Of a DNA stretch of 64,000 bases, positions 1 to 9,719 are shown one piece after another (within the stretch, counting starts at the first letter, position 1; each line of letters begins with the position of its first letter). A program made the position numbers and the translations under genes. The DNA comes from Terriglobia bacterium. GTDB taxonomy: Bacteria > Acidobacteriota > Terriglobia > Bryobacterales > JACQDG01. The stretch covers positions 96-64,095 of the forward strand of contig JBGPDC010000005.1 in the NCBI GenBank assembly GCA_041482115.1, read 5' to 3'. The notes beneath the pieces were generated by a model. That model saw only the letters and a list, made by a program, of their open reading frames with translations, made no database searches and had not been told where the DNA came from.

Positions 1-104
1 ACCCTAAGTGGTTGAAAAGGCGGAGGAGATAAAGTGAAAAGTGCCGTGACCGCCCATATCGCACCGCGAGGCCGTAGTGTCTTCACCCGTTCCCCAGACG
101 CCTT

Positions 105-160
105 TCTCCATTCCTCCATTCCTCCATTCCTCCATTCCTCCATTCCTCAATTTCTCAATT
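105..160. repeat. 8-bp tandem repeat (CCTCCATT x7, three units degenerate) overlapping the aminopeptidase stop codon
   Basis: Units read directly: tctccatt, cctccatt x4, cctcaatt, tctcaatt. Confidence 0.9.
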
Positions 161-2735
161 TCTTAGTCACTCGCACTTTCCGCTCGAGCTCGTCCTGGAC
201 CTGCAGCACCTTCAACCGTAAATCGCCGTCGATCGCGGCGTGCTCCAAAAACGCCTCTACCGTGGCCAGCGCTTCGGGCGCTTGTTGTCCGCCGATAAAG
301 GCTTCCAGCCACGCCAGCACGAAAAAAATCTTGTGCTCCTGTTTCATCGCCGGCAGCGCCTCAAGCGCCGGCTGCAGATACGGCAGCGTGAGCGCCGCCT
401 GGTCCCAGGCGTTGAACGCGCCCAGGCTGCCCTGCACCCAGTATTCCGGCCGCTCCCGATTCTTTAAGTAGTCGTCGAAATACCGGCGCTTAATCGCGGC
501 ATTCCGCTCGGCCGCGGCCGCGATCCACGCGTACCTTTTCCCGTCGTCCGTGGTGTCCCGCGCGGCCTCGGCGCGCAGCAGCGCCGCAGCTTCCCCGTCG
601 CCGCGCGCCAGCAGGGCCGTCACCATGCGCCAGCGGTCCAGCGGCTTCAAGTCCACCCCCGGCACCGCGGTCCGCTCGGCCAGCAGGTCCTTCAGCACGC
701 CGCGCGCCCGCTCACTCCCGGCGAGACCCACGAAACTGCGGAAAAAGGTAATGCGCAGCCCGGTGGTGGCCGCGTTTCGCATCTGCCCCTCGAGCAACCC
801 TTCGAGACTCTCCCGCACCTCCGCGCGCTGCTCGTCGGAAAGATATCCCTGGAACGCCGCCCCTACCCGCGCCAGCAGCGTCGCCGCCGACTCCTCGTCG
901 CTCTCCCCGGGCAGCAGCTCGATCGCCAGCCGCAGATAGTCGAGCGGCGGGACCTGCGCCTCCCGCACGCCGTCCCACAGCGCCCCCCACAGCAGCGCCC
1001 GCAGAAAGGGATCCCTCACGCCGCCGAGCTGCGTCATCACGGCGTGCCGGCTGCGCTCGTCGAGCAGGAACCGCCCGTAAGCCTCGTCCTGGTCGTTCGC
1101 AAACACATACGCGGGACACGGCCGGCCTGCTGCTTCCGGCACCTCCGCCCGCGCTCCGCTCAGGCGTGCCTCGACTCTCTCGAACCGTCCGCCCTCGTAC
1201 GCCAGCAGCACGCGGGTGCGGATCGGCCAGACGCCGCCTTCCCCCAGCACGTCGCGCTGGGCGAGCGCCAGCCGGCGGATCTTGCCCTCCCCGTCGCACG
1301 CCCAGTCCACTGTGACCTCCGGCATCCCGCGCCGGTTCACCCACACCTGCGCCCAGGCGTCGAGCTTCTGCCCCGAGGCCTTCGCCAGCGCCGCCACCAG
1401 GTCCTCCCACGTCGCGTTCCCCCAGGCGTGCTCCTTCAAGTAGAGCCGCAGACCTTCGCGAAACGCGGTTTCGCCCACCGTGAACGACAGCGTCCGCAGC
1501 AGCCCCGGCGCCTTCGAGTAGACGATCTCGCCGTACGCCGATTTCGCGTCGCTCAGGTTCCGCAATTCCTGGTGGACCGGCGTCGTGCCCTTCGTCCCAT
1601 CGATCCGATAGGCGGCCGGCTTGATCGTTTCGTAGAAGCGCTTCCACACCGCGTCGGGCGGTTCCAGCGCGGCGAGCGCCTGGTACGCCATGTAGTTCGC
1701 GAAGCCTTCCTTGAGCCATAAATCGTCGAACCACCGCATGGTCACCAGGTCTCCGAACCACTGGTGGCACAGCTCGTGCAGCAGCAGCGTTCGCCGCCGC
1801 GTGCGGTCCGCCGCCGTCGGCACGGTCCGGAACAGGACGGTCTCTTCGTTAAGGAACGTCGCGCCGGCGTGCTCCATCCCGCCGTAGGCCAGGCCCGGGA
1901 TCAGCACCTGGTCGTATTTCGGAAAGGGGAAGGGGAAATCGAAGAACGCGGCGAAGTGCCGCAGCCCGGCGTCGACCGTGCGGAGCACCTCCGGCCACTC
2001 CTCCTCCGCCCGCGCCAGCTTCGAGCGCGGCACGAGCAACCGGTAGGGCGCCGCGCCCGCCGGCGCCCGCAGTTCCCGGAACGGCCCCGCTGCAAACGCG
2101 AAGAGATAGGTACTGATCGGTTTCGTTTCGGCGAAGCGTCTCCGCGTGTAGCCCGCTTCGCCCGGCTCGCTCGCCGCGGCGACCCCGTTCGAGACCGCGG
2201 TCCAGCCCTCCGGCGCCGTCAGCTCTAGCGTAAAGCGTCCCTTGAGGTCCGGCTGGTCGAAGCACGGGAACGCGAGACTCGCGTCCATTGGCACAAACAA
2301 CGTGTAGACGTATTCACTTCCATCGTCCCGGTCGAGGTAGCGAATGACCGGACGGCCCGACGTCGCGATCGCCGCCCGAAAGGCGAGTTGTACCGTGTTC
2401 TCGCCCCGCCGCAACAGCCGCCCCGGTAGCAGGACATGCCCGTTCACCCGCCGCAATCCACCGGCCGGTCGCCCGTTGACCATCCCGTGTGAGACGTCAC
2501 CTTCGTCGTCCCGGAAGTCGAGCACCAGCGGATCGGCCCGGCTGGTGAGCCGGAACCGGATCTCGGCCACGCCCGTGAGCTGCTCCGCCCCGGGCCGGAC
2601 TTCCAGGCTCAAGCGGTAGCGCAGATCCCTCACGACTTCCGCCCGCCGGCGCGCCAAGTCCCGGCTCACACCCACCTCCGGGTCGGCCGCCAGCGCGGCC
2701 CCCGCCGCCAGCAACACCACGGCCCAACGCCACAT
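147..2735 (-). CDS. pepN: M1 family aminopeptidase N, secreted
   Basis: GGMEH exopeptidase motif, HELCH(x18)E zinc motif (WLKEGFA), ERAP1-like C-terminus. Start placed at MWRWAVVLLAAGAALA (signal peptide); the upstream part of ORF 147..3608 is antisense to the DUF1080 gene. Confidence 0.9.
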   Translation of the reverse strand: MWRWAVVLLAAGAALAADPEVGVSRDLARRRAEVVRDLRYRLSLEVRPGAEQLTGVAEIRFRLTSRADPLVLDFRDDEGDVSHGMVNGRPAGGLRRVNGHVLLPGRLLRRGENTVQLAFRAAIATSGRPVIRYLDRDDGSEYVYTLFVPMDASLAFPCFDQPDLKGRFTLELTAPEGWTAVSNGVAAASEPGEAGYTRRRFAETKPISTYLFAFAAGPFRELRAPAGAAPYRLLVPRSKLARAEEEWPEVLRTVDAGLRHFAAFFDFPFPFPKYDQVLIPGLAYGGMEHAGATFLNEETVLFRTVPTAADRTRRRTLLLHELCHQWFGDLVTMRWFDDLWLKEGFANYMAYQALAALEPPDAVWKRFYETIKPAAYRIDGTKGTTPVHQELRNLSDAKSAYGEIVYSKAPGLLRTLSFTVGETAFREGLRLYLKEHAWGNATWEDLVAALAKASGQKLDAWAQVWVNRRGMPEVTVDWACDGEGKIRRLALAQRDVLGEGGVWPIRTRVLLAYEGGRFERVEARLSGARAEVPEAAGRPCPAYVFANDQDEAYGRFLLDERSRHAVMTQLGGVRDPFLRALLWGALWDGVREAQVPPLDYLRLAIELLPGESDEESAATLLARVGAAFQGYLSDEQRAEVRESLEGLLEGQMRNAATTGLRITFFRSFVGLAGSERARGVLKDLLAERTAVPGVDLKPLDRWRMVTALLARGDGEAAALLRAEAARDTTDDGKRYAWIAAAAERNAAIKRRYFDDYLKNRERPEYWVQGSLGAFNAWDQAALTLPYLQPALEALPAMKQEHKIFFVLAWLEAFIGGQQAPEALATVEAFLEHAAIDGDLRLKVLQVQDELERKVRVTKKLRN

Positions 2736-2867
2736 GCCGATCACCTTATCACGGGGTCCCCAGAACGGATGGAATGTGTGGTCCAACATGCCTCGCCGGG
2801 CATTCGTAAAATTGTTTCGGAGACTCTTTCTGAAGTGGCATAATAGTACCGCTCGGGAGGGCAACCT

Positions 2868-3578
2868 ATGAAGAGATTGTTGGTTCTGTTTTTGGTGGCT
2901 GGGCTGTGCACCACGTGGGCCCAGGGTAAGAAGAAGGGCATGGGCGCGGCGCCGAATACGCTGACCGCCCAAGAGCAAAAGGACGGGTGGGAGCTGCTGT
3001 TCGACGGCACGTCCCTCGACAAGTGGGACGTCACTCCGGCCTTGGCCAAGGTGTGGAGCGTCCAGAACGGCGCGATCAAGTGCGATTCCTCGGCGGCAGG
3101 TGGAACGCTGCTGAGCAAGGAAGATTTCCCCGACTTCATGCTGAAGGCGGAGTTCCGCGCGAACCCCGACATCAACTCCGGCATCATGCTGCGCAATCCC
3201 CGGCCACGGCCGGTGGTGGCCGGCGAGAAGAAGAAGGGCGGCGGCGGTCAGGGCTATGAAGTTCAGATTCGCGACAAGGATCCGGGCCACTACACCGGCG
3301 GCAGCTTTCTGACGGCCAGCCTGGTCAACGTGGCCAAGGCCCCCGAAACCGCCAAGATCAAGGTGGGCGAGTGGAACACCATCGAGATCACCGCGCAGGG
3401 CGACCACTTCGTCATCGTCTACAACGGCGTGAAGGTAGTGGACGCGCACGATACCAAATTGAGCAGCGGCGCGATCGGCCTGCAGTTGGCCCACCCGGAA
3501 GATGCCCGCGGCGCCGACATCGAGTTCCGCAGCATCAAAGTGAAGCGCCTCACCGGCGGCGCCACGAGCGGCAAGTAA
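2868..3578 (+). CDS. DUF1080 / 3-keto-disaccharide hydrolase family secreted protein
   Basis: Signal peptide; GWELLFDG, NSGI, YEVQI, GEWN and GAIGLQ..H motifs; GGAGG RBS. Confidence 0.85.
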   Translation: MKRLLVLFLVAGLCTTWAQGKKKGMGAAPNTLTAQEQKDGWELLFDGTSLDKWDVTPALAKVWSVQNGAIKCDSSAAGGTLLSKEDFPDFMLKAEFRANPDINSGIMLRNPRPRPVVAGEKKKGGGGQGYEVQIRDKDPGHYTGGSFLTASLVNVAKAPETAKIKVGEWNTIEITAQGDHFVIVYNGVKVVDAHDTKLSSGAIGLQLAHPEDARGADIEFRSIKVKRLTGGATSGK

Positions 3579-3596
3579 ACCAGAGTTTCCTTCGGG

Positions 3597-3621
3597 CAGA
3601 GGCGGCATTGAGCCGCCTCTG
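3597..3621. terminator. 10-bp perfect hairpin between convergent genes (terminator or REP-like)
   Basis: CAGAGGCGGC-attga-GCCGCCTCTG; no clear U-tract. Confidence 0.45.
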
Positions 3622-3633
3622 TTCCTCCGCAGC

Positions 3634-4140
3634 CTAAGGCCGTATCGCGCGGTGCATGTCCAGCGACGGCGGCTGCATACCGGTCTGGCTCAACATCACG
3701 TGGATCTGGCCGCGGTGGTGCGTCTGGTGATTGAAGAAATGCCCCAGCACCAGCGACGCCGGGTCCAAGCACAACTTCCCGGCGTTATTCACGTACTCGA
3801 TCTTGCGAGCGAAGAAGTCCTCGTCTAGCCCGCCCAGCAACGCTTCGATGCGCGCGTCCTCGGTTTCACGGGCCGCGCGCAGGCTGGGGAATTCGTCATA
3901 GAGAATCGTGCCCAGCGCGGGCGTGCTCGTGACGCCACTCGCAGTAAAGCGTTCCATCCAGAGGCGGTCGCCGAGTAAGATATGGTTCAGCAGCCGGTGG
4001 ATGCTGCCAAACGATCCTGCCCGCTCCTGGCGATACGCAGCGTCGGTCAGCCGCGCGCAGGACTCGTAGAGCCGCTGGTTCACGGCCGTGTTGTAGCGGC
4101 CGAGCATCTGGAAGTGGGCGATTAGTGAAGATGCCGCCAT
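3634..4140 (-). CDS. DinB family protein
   Basis: FGSIHRLLNHI and HFFNHQTHHRGQ metal-binding motifs. Confidence 0.88.
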   Translation of the reverse strand: MAASSLIAHFQMLGRYNTAVNQRLYESCARLTDAAYRQERAGSFGSIHRLLNHILLGDRLWMERFTASGVTSTPALGTILYDEFPSLRAARETEDARIEALLGGLDEDFFARKIEYVNNAGKLCLDPASLVLGHFFNHQTHHRGQIHVMLSQTGMQPPSLDMHRAIRP

Positions 4141-4202
4141 GGCTTCATGGTACGCCACTGGGCCGGTTGCTAAGCTCGGTTCGCTAAGTTACATTCAAGT
4201 TA

Positions 4203-5570
4203 GTGACTCCCCAAGTTAAAGAGTTCGTTCGGGACTTCTTCCGGAAGGTGACCGACCAGCCACTTACCCCGGAGGATCCCCGCTATGTGCATGTTTACGA
4301 AGATGAACAGCTAGCCAAGGCGGACCCCGTGGAGCTGATGGCGCGGGCCATCGAGTTCACTCCTGGCGAGAGCGTCCAACTGCTCTCTGGCTTTCGCGGC
4401 TCCGGAAAGAGCACGGAGCTGCGGCGTCTCAAGAAGCGCCTGGAAACATCCGGCTACCTGGTCGTTCTCTACGATATCGAGGACTACCTGAACACCTCCA
4501 CTCCGGTGGACATCAGCGATTTCCTGATGGCCCTGGCGGGAGCCTTCGGCGAAGAGGTAGTAAAGAACTTCCTGCTGGAAGGAGACCCGGTCCAGGAAAG
4601 CTACTGGAGCCGGTTTGTCAACTTCCTCACCAAGACCAACGTGGAGTTTTCCGAAATTGGGGGAAAGCTAGGCACGGAAGGGGCATCGATCAGCCTGAAG
4701 GCGAACCTCAAGAGTGACCCTAGCTTCAAGAAGAAGCTCCAGGACCACATGAAGGGATACTTGGGCTCTCTCGAGAAGGACGTGAAATCCTTCCTGGAAG
4801 AATGCGTGAAGAAGATTCGGAAGAAGTACGGCGAGGCCCAAGAGGTCGTGCTGCTGGTGGATTCCGTGGAGCATATCCGGGGCACCTCGATCAACGCGTC
4901 GGAGGTGCAGAGTTCGGTCGAGACCCTGTTCGCCACGCACTCCGACAAGCTGCACCTGCCCTATCTGCATGTGATCTACACGGTCCCGCCCTACTTGAAG
5001 GTGCGCTACCCCGGCCTGGGAGCGCTTTATGCGCCAGGCGGGGTGCAGGTCATTCCGTCCATCAAGCTGAAAGCGTTCGATGGCTCGCCGTTCCCTGCCG
5101 GCGTGGAAGCCTGCCAAAAGGTGGTGACGAAGCGCGGCGACTGGGAGCATTTGCTGGGAACACGCGCCGCGCTGGACAAGCTGATTTTCCACTCCGGCGG
5201 CCAGCTTCGGGACCTGCTGCGGCTCATCGCCGAGGTCCTGCGGCGCACCGACGCCCCGCCGGTCACGGCGTCAAAGATAGACGACGCCATTGCTCAGATC
5301 CGCACGGAATTTCTTCCCATTGCGGACTCGGATGCCGTTTGGCTGGCCCGCATTGCCCGGACCCACGAGGCCTCGCTCGACGACGCTATTCGCCTGCCGG
5401 ACCTGGCTCGATTCCTCGACACTCACCTGGTGCTGTGCTACAAGAACGGCAACGAGTGGTACGACGTGCATCCTCTGATCCGCGAGCATGTCCTCAAGCA
5501 GGCCCAAGAAGTGGAGAAACGCCAGGCCACCGCAACGCCACCGAGTGTCGCGCCCGGCGCCTCCGCCTGA
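4203..5570 (+). CDS. P-loop ATPase (STAND/AAA-like)
   Basis: Walker A GFRGSGKST, Walker B VVLLVDSVE, SGGQLRDL helical motif, C-terminal WYDVHPL. Confidence 0.85.
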   Translation: MTPQVKEFVRDFFRKVTDQPLTPEDPRYVHVYEDEQLAKADPVELMARAIEFTPGESVQLLSGFRGSGKSTELRRLKKRLETSGYLVVLYDIEDYLNTSTPVDISDFLMALAGAFGEEVVKNFLLEGDPVQESYWSRFVNFLTKTNVEFSEIGGKLGTEGASISLKANLKSDPSFKKKLQDHMKGYLGSLEKDVKSFLEECVKKIRKKYGEAQEVVLLVDSVEHIRGTSINASEVQSSVETLFATHSDKLHLPYLHVIYTVPPYLKVRYPGLGALYAPGGVQVIPSIKLKAFDGSPFPAGVEACQKVVTKRGDWEHLLGTRAALDKLIFHSGGQLRDLLRLIAEVLRRTDAPPVTASKIDDAIAQIRTEFLPIADSDAVWLARIARTHEASLDDAIRLPDLARFLDTHLVLCYKNGNEWYDVHPLIREHVLKQAQEVEKRQATATPPSVAPGASA

Positions 5571-5577
5571 GCCTGCG

Positions 5578-7773
5578 ATGGCCGAACCGTTCCAGAAGGA
5601 CGCCCCTCGCCAGGAGGTGCTGTCTGCCGCCGCCGAGGCCGAATGGGCCCGGCTGCGGCAGCAATTGGAGCTGGCCTCCGGCTTCTGGCTTGGATTCCTT
5701 TTCACCACGTCGCCGGCCGCGGTCCACGTTTTCGAGCATCGTATCGAGTTGCTCCTGAAAGTGCGCGCTAGGAGAATGCAGGCTTTCAAGCCCAGGACAC
5801 CGGAAGAGTTGGGCAGCGTACTCACGGTGTTGCTCGAGAAGGGTCCATCGGACTCCGGCTGTGTGTGGGTGCAAGCGGTGTTTGCAGACCCGCCCGGCAC
5901 ACCGCCCGCGCCGGGACCGTGGACGCTGGCCTGGGATGACTTCCTGCTGCGGCTGAACGAGCGGCGCGAATTTCTGCGCAGGCACTTTCGAGGCGGCCTG
6001 GTCCTGGCCGCGCATCCGAGTGTGAAGCCCCGAGCGCGCGACGCCGCGCCGGACCTCTGGTCGGTACGGGCTATCGTAGTGGAACCGCCCGCGACGGCGG
6101 CGCCGGAAATTCGTAGCACGGCCGAGCCCGACCAGGAGACCTCTCGGGCCGCCGCCACACCCGAAACCTTTCCGGACCCCGAGATGGCCCTCGCAGAAGC
6201 ACGGCGGCGGGCGAGCCGGATGCCCGAAAACCCTGGGTCCGTGGCCTCAGCATTGTTTCGCGCTGTGGAAGGCTTCCTGGCGCAGGGAGCAACGGAGCGG
6301 GCCGTGGAGGCAGCACGCGAGGCGGTGCAGATCTTGCGAGATGCACCGGTTGGTGGCAGTCCCGATTTGGCGGAGGCGTTGGTCTGGCTCAGCAAGGCGG
6401 AGGCGGCCCACGGCGATCCGGCGGCGGCCGCCGATCACCTTGAGCGTGCCTTGGAACTCAGCGCCGGCCGTGAGGATAAGGCGGTTTCGGAGTGGCTGGA
6501 CCTAGCAGGAAATCTCGCCAGGGATAGAGGGGACTTTGGGGCGGCCACCGAATACTATACGCGCGCACTCGACCTGGATCGACGGCTATTGGAGCGTCAC
6601 GGGGAAACACGTGAGGCCGTGAGATATCTCTCCGTGAGCCTCGAGAACGTGGGCAGTGTACGGCTCAGTGCGGGGGATCTGGCTGGAGCCGGAGCAGCCT
6701 ACGAAGAATCTCTGACACTGCGCCGGCACCTGTTGGGCCGCTACGGCGAAACACCTCAGGCCCTCCGCGATATCTCGGTCGGCCTCGAAAGGTTGGGCGA
6801 CCTGCGACGCCAATCCGGCGATATCGCCGGAGCCACAAGTGCTTTCGAAGAATCTCTCGCTCTGCGCCGGGGCCTGCTGGACCGCTACGACGAAACACCC
6901 CAGGCCCTTCGCGATCTCTCGATCAGCCTCAACAAAGTGGGCGGCGTCCGACGCCAATCGGGCGATGTCGCAGGGGCTACCGCCGCTTTCGAAGAATCTC
7001 TCACACTCGCCCGACGCCGTCTGGACCGCCACGGCGAAACGCCCGAGGCTCTCCGCGACCTCTCGGTCAGCCTCGGCAATGTGGGCGACGTGCGACGGCA
7101 ATCGGGCGATGTCGCCGGAGCCACGGCCGCTTTCGAGGAGGCCCTCGCTTTGCACCGGCGCCTGTTGGACCACTACGGCGAAACATTTCAGGCCCTCCGC
7201 GACCTGTCGATCAGCCTCGAGAGGGTGGGCGACGTGCGAAGCCAATCGGGTGATGTCGCCGGCGCGACAGCCGCTTTCGAAGAATCCCTCGCTCTGCGCC
7301 GGCGCCTGCTGGACCGCTACGGTGAAACACCCCAGGCCTTCCGCGATCTCTCGATCGGCCTTAGCAACGTGGGCGACATGCGACGCCAATCTGACGATGT
7401 CACGGGAGCCACAGCCGCCTACGAAGAATCCCTCGCTCTCAGCCGGCGCCTGTTGGACCGCTACGGCGAAACGCCCGAAGCCTTGCGCAACCTTTCGGTC
7501 AACCTGGACCGGATAGGTCACATCCGAAGGCGGTTCGGCGACACCTCCGGAGCCACGGCCGCATACGATGAGGCTCTAGCCGTAGATCGGCACCGGCTCG
7601 AGCGCTACGGCGAAACACCCGAAGCCCTGCGCGACCTTGCCATCAGCCTGTCCAAAGTAGCAGACGCACGCCGCAAATCCGGAGATGCAGCCGGGGCCGT
7701 GGCCGCCGAGGAAGAAAGAAAGAACCTCCGGCAGCGTCTGCACGAGCGCTATGGGGAACCGCTCGAAACCTGA
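5578..7773 (+). CDS. Tetratricopeptide-repeat protein with uncharacterised N-terminal domain and eight 48-aa repeats
   Basis: ATG 7 nt after the ATPase stop; RLNERRE...APDLWS N-terminal motifs; ETPxALRDLSxSL repeats. Confidence 0.88.
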   Translation: MAEPFQKDAPRQEVLSAAAEAEWARLRQQLELASGFWLGFLFTTSPAAVHVFEHRIELLLKVRARRMQAFKPRTPEELGSVLTVLLEKGPSDSGCVWVQAVFADPPGTPPAPGPWTLAWDDFLLRLNERREFLRRHFRGGLVLAAHPSVKPRARDAAPDLWSVRAIVVEPPATAAPEIRSTAEPDQETSRAAATPETFPDPEMALAEARRRASRMPENPGSVASALFRAVEGFLAQGATERAVEAAREAVQILRDAPVGGSPDLAEALVWLSKAEAAHGDPAAAADHLERALELSAGREDKAVSEWLDLAGNLARDRGDFGAATEYYTRALDLDRRLLERHGETREAVRYLSVSLENVGSVRLSAGDLAGAGAAYEESLTLRRHLLGRYGETPQALRDISVGLERLGDLRRQSGDIAGATSAFEESLALRRGLLDRYDETPQALRDLSISLNKVGGVRRQSGDVAGATAAFEESLTLARRRLDRHGETPEALRDLSVSLGNVGDVRRQSGDVAGATAAFEEALALHRRLLDHYGETFQALRDLSISLERVGDVRSQSGDVAGATAAFEESLALRRRLLDRYGETPQAFRDLSIGLSNVGDMRRQSDDVTGATAAYEESLALSRRLLDRYGETPEALRNLSVNLDRIGHIRRRFGDTSGATAAYDEALAVDRHRLERYGETPEALRDLAISLSKVADARRKSGDAAGAVAAEEERKNLRQRLHERYGEPLET
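6604..7755 (+). repeat. Eight tandem 144-bp coding repeats
   Basis: GAAAC(A/G) recurs every 144 bp from 6604; 8 x 144 ends at 7755. Confidence 0.9.
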
Positions 7774-7782
7774 GCGGGTCCG

Positions 7783-8763
7783 CTACTGCTGTTGTTGTTG
7801 CGGCTGCTGCTGGCGGGCGTCGAGCGAGTCCGTGGCCGGCTCTGGCGGGCCGGCGGCGGTTTCCTGCCACTGCTCGTGGCCGTCGCCATCCACCACCGGG
7901 CGCAGGCGGACGTCCACCGACAAGCGCTGGCCGGCGTGGCCCTTATAGACGCCGCGGACCGGGGCGACGTCGCCGTAGTCGCGCCCATACGCCACGCGCA
8001 CGTGACGCCAGGACACCGGCGCGCCCAGGGTGGGGTCGAAGGCGGCCCAGCCGGACCCGGGCAGGAACACTTCCATCCAGGCGTGCGACGCCTGCCCGCC
8101 GATCACGTCCAGCACCGGCGCGCCGTCGGCGTCCACGTCGCCGGGGGTGAGGTAGCCCGAAACGTAACGCCCCGGCAGGCCGCGCAGCCGCACGATCGCG
8201 AGCAGCAGGTGGGCGAAATCCTGGCACACGCCGGCGCCGCTCGAAAGCGCGTCCTCAATCGAAGAGTGGACGTGGGTCGCGCCCTTCTCATAACGGAACT
8301 GCTCGTGCACCAGGTCGCTCGCCGCCTGCACAAAGCCGCCCGCCAGGCCGCCGCTCGCCGCCTCCGCCCTCCGCACCAGAGCGGTCACCCGGGACAGGTG
8401 CGGCACGTACTTGGAGGCCGCCAGAAACTCGTAGTGGTCTTCCATGATCTGCGCGCGCAAGGTGTCCAATTCCGCCAGTGCGAGACCACCGGACAGCAGC
8501 GGCGGCGGCGCGTGCAACAGGACGACCGACTCCGCCTCGATCCGCAGGTGCCGGTGCTCGCCCAGCACGTTGAACTGATGCACCCAGTTGCCGAAGTAGT
8601 CCTGATAAGAGGTAGAGCGGGCCTGCGGCACCGTCGCGAGGCGGAAGGAAAGGCAGCTCTGCACGTCGTCGTGCAGCGGGCGCAGCCGGACCTCGTTATA
8701 ACTCTCGGACACCGGCCCGTCGTATTGGAACTCGGTCACGTGGACCAGATGGCAGCGGTTCAT
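7783..8763 (-). CDS. Transglutaminase family protein (Bact_transglu_N plus core) with poly-Gln tail
   Basis: GVCQDFAH, RYVSGYL, HAWMEV, FDPT catalytic Cys-His-Asp motifs; GRDYGDV. Confidence 0.92.
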   Translation of the reverse strand: MNRCHLVHVTEFQYDGPVSESYNEVRLRPLHDDVQSCLSFRLATVPQARSTSYQDYFGNWVHQFNVLGEHRHLRIEAESVVLLHAPPPLLSGGLALAELDTLRAQIMEDHYEFLAASKYVPHLSRVTALVRRAEAASGGLAGGFVQAASDLVHEQFRYEKGATHVHSSIEDALSSGAGVCQDFAHLLLAIVRLRGLPGRYVSGYLTPGDVDADGAPVLDVIGGQASHAWMEVFLPGSGWAAFDPTLGAPVSWRHVRVAYGRDYGDVAPVRGVYKGHAGQRLSVDVRLRPVVDGDGHEQWQETAAGPPEPATDSLDARQQQPQQQQQ

Positions 8764-9719
8764 GTCTGCACCGCGTAGTAGAAGTAGGTGCGGGCGATGT
8801 CTTCGCCGATGGCGCGGCAGGTCCGCTGGAGGTCGCGCAGGTAGGGGTGCAGGCCCTGGCGGAAGATTTCTTCGATGCGGTCGTAGCGCAGGCTCTCGAG
8901 CTGCTTGCCGGTGAGCCGCTCGGCCTCATTCGCGTAGTTGCCAGCGCCGGTGCCGCTGATCGCCCGCAGGCCCGCCTGCAGCTCCGTCATGCTGAAGCGG
9001 ATAGACCGCGGGTGCTCGGGGTGCAGCACCAGCATCTCCGCCACGAGCTCGGGCTCGACGCGCGAGTGATATTGCCGGCGGTAGGCTTCATAGGCGCCCA
9101 CCGACCGCAGCACGGCCATCCACTGGTGCTGGTCCGGTGCGGCGAGGGTGGTGGTGCTGTCTACGAGGTTGTGGTACTGCACGTCCACGATGCGCGCCGT
9201 CATCTCGGCGCGCTCGACGGCCCGGCCGATCCGCAGAAACTGCCAGCCCTCGTCGTGGGGCAGGGTGGCGTCGCTCACGCCGTAGAAACGGTGGCAGCCG
9301 AACCGGATGCGGTTACAGAAGCGGTGCGGCCCGACGACCATCTCTTCCTCGGGGTTGTACCGTAAAACGGCGTGATAAAAGCTGTTGATGTCCTCCCACA
9401 TCTCACTCGAAATGCGGTCGCGGATGGTGCGGGCATTCTCCCGGGCCTTGCACACGCACTGCGCGATGGAATTCGGATTGTCTTCGCGGAAGGCCAGAAA
9501 CTCGAACACGGTGCGGGCGTTGGCCTCGCTATAGAGCGCCGGGAAGCGCTCGTGCTCCCCGGCAATGGCGATGACGGCGTCCCAGCGCAGCCGGTAAGAA
9601 TTCTGGGAATGCTCGAGCAGCATGTGGTAGTTGACGTCGAGGATGCGGGCGGTATCCTCGGCGCGCTCCATGTAGCGCGCGATCCAGAAAAGAGCGTCGG
9701 CGATCCGTGAGAGCATCAT
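8760..9719 (-). CDS. Alpha-E domain protein (DUF403)
   Basis: [20 protein letters not shown] and GRAVERAE duplicated ER motifs; PRSIRF. Confidence 0.92.
   Translation of the reverse strand: MMLSRIADALFWIARYMERAEDTARILDVNYHMLLEHSQNSYRLRWDAVIAIAGEHERFPALYSEANARTVFEFLAFREDNPNSIAQCVCKARENARTIRDRISSEMWEDINSFYHAVLRYNPEEEMVVGPHRFCNRIRFGCHRFYGVSDATLPHDEGWQFLRIGRAVERAEMTARIVDVQYHNLVDSTTTLAAPDQHQWMAVLRSVGAYEAYRRQYHSRVEPELVAEMLVLHPEHPRSIRFSMTELQAGLRAISGTGAGNYANEAERLTGKQLESLRYDRIEEIFRQGLHPYLRDLQRTCRAIGEDIARTYFYYAVQT

Noticed and set aside
2736-3608. N-terminal extension of the 1153-aa ORF
   Set aside because: Antisense to the DUF1080 gene; the aminopeptidase begins at the signal peptide at 2735
6604-7755. 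Regularly spaced repeats as a CRISPR array
   Set aside because: They are in-frame 144-bp coding repeats without unique spacers, and no cas genes are present
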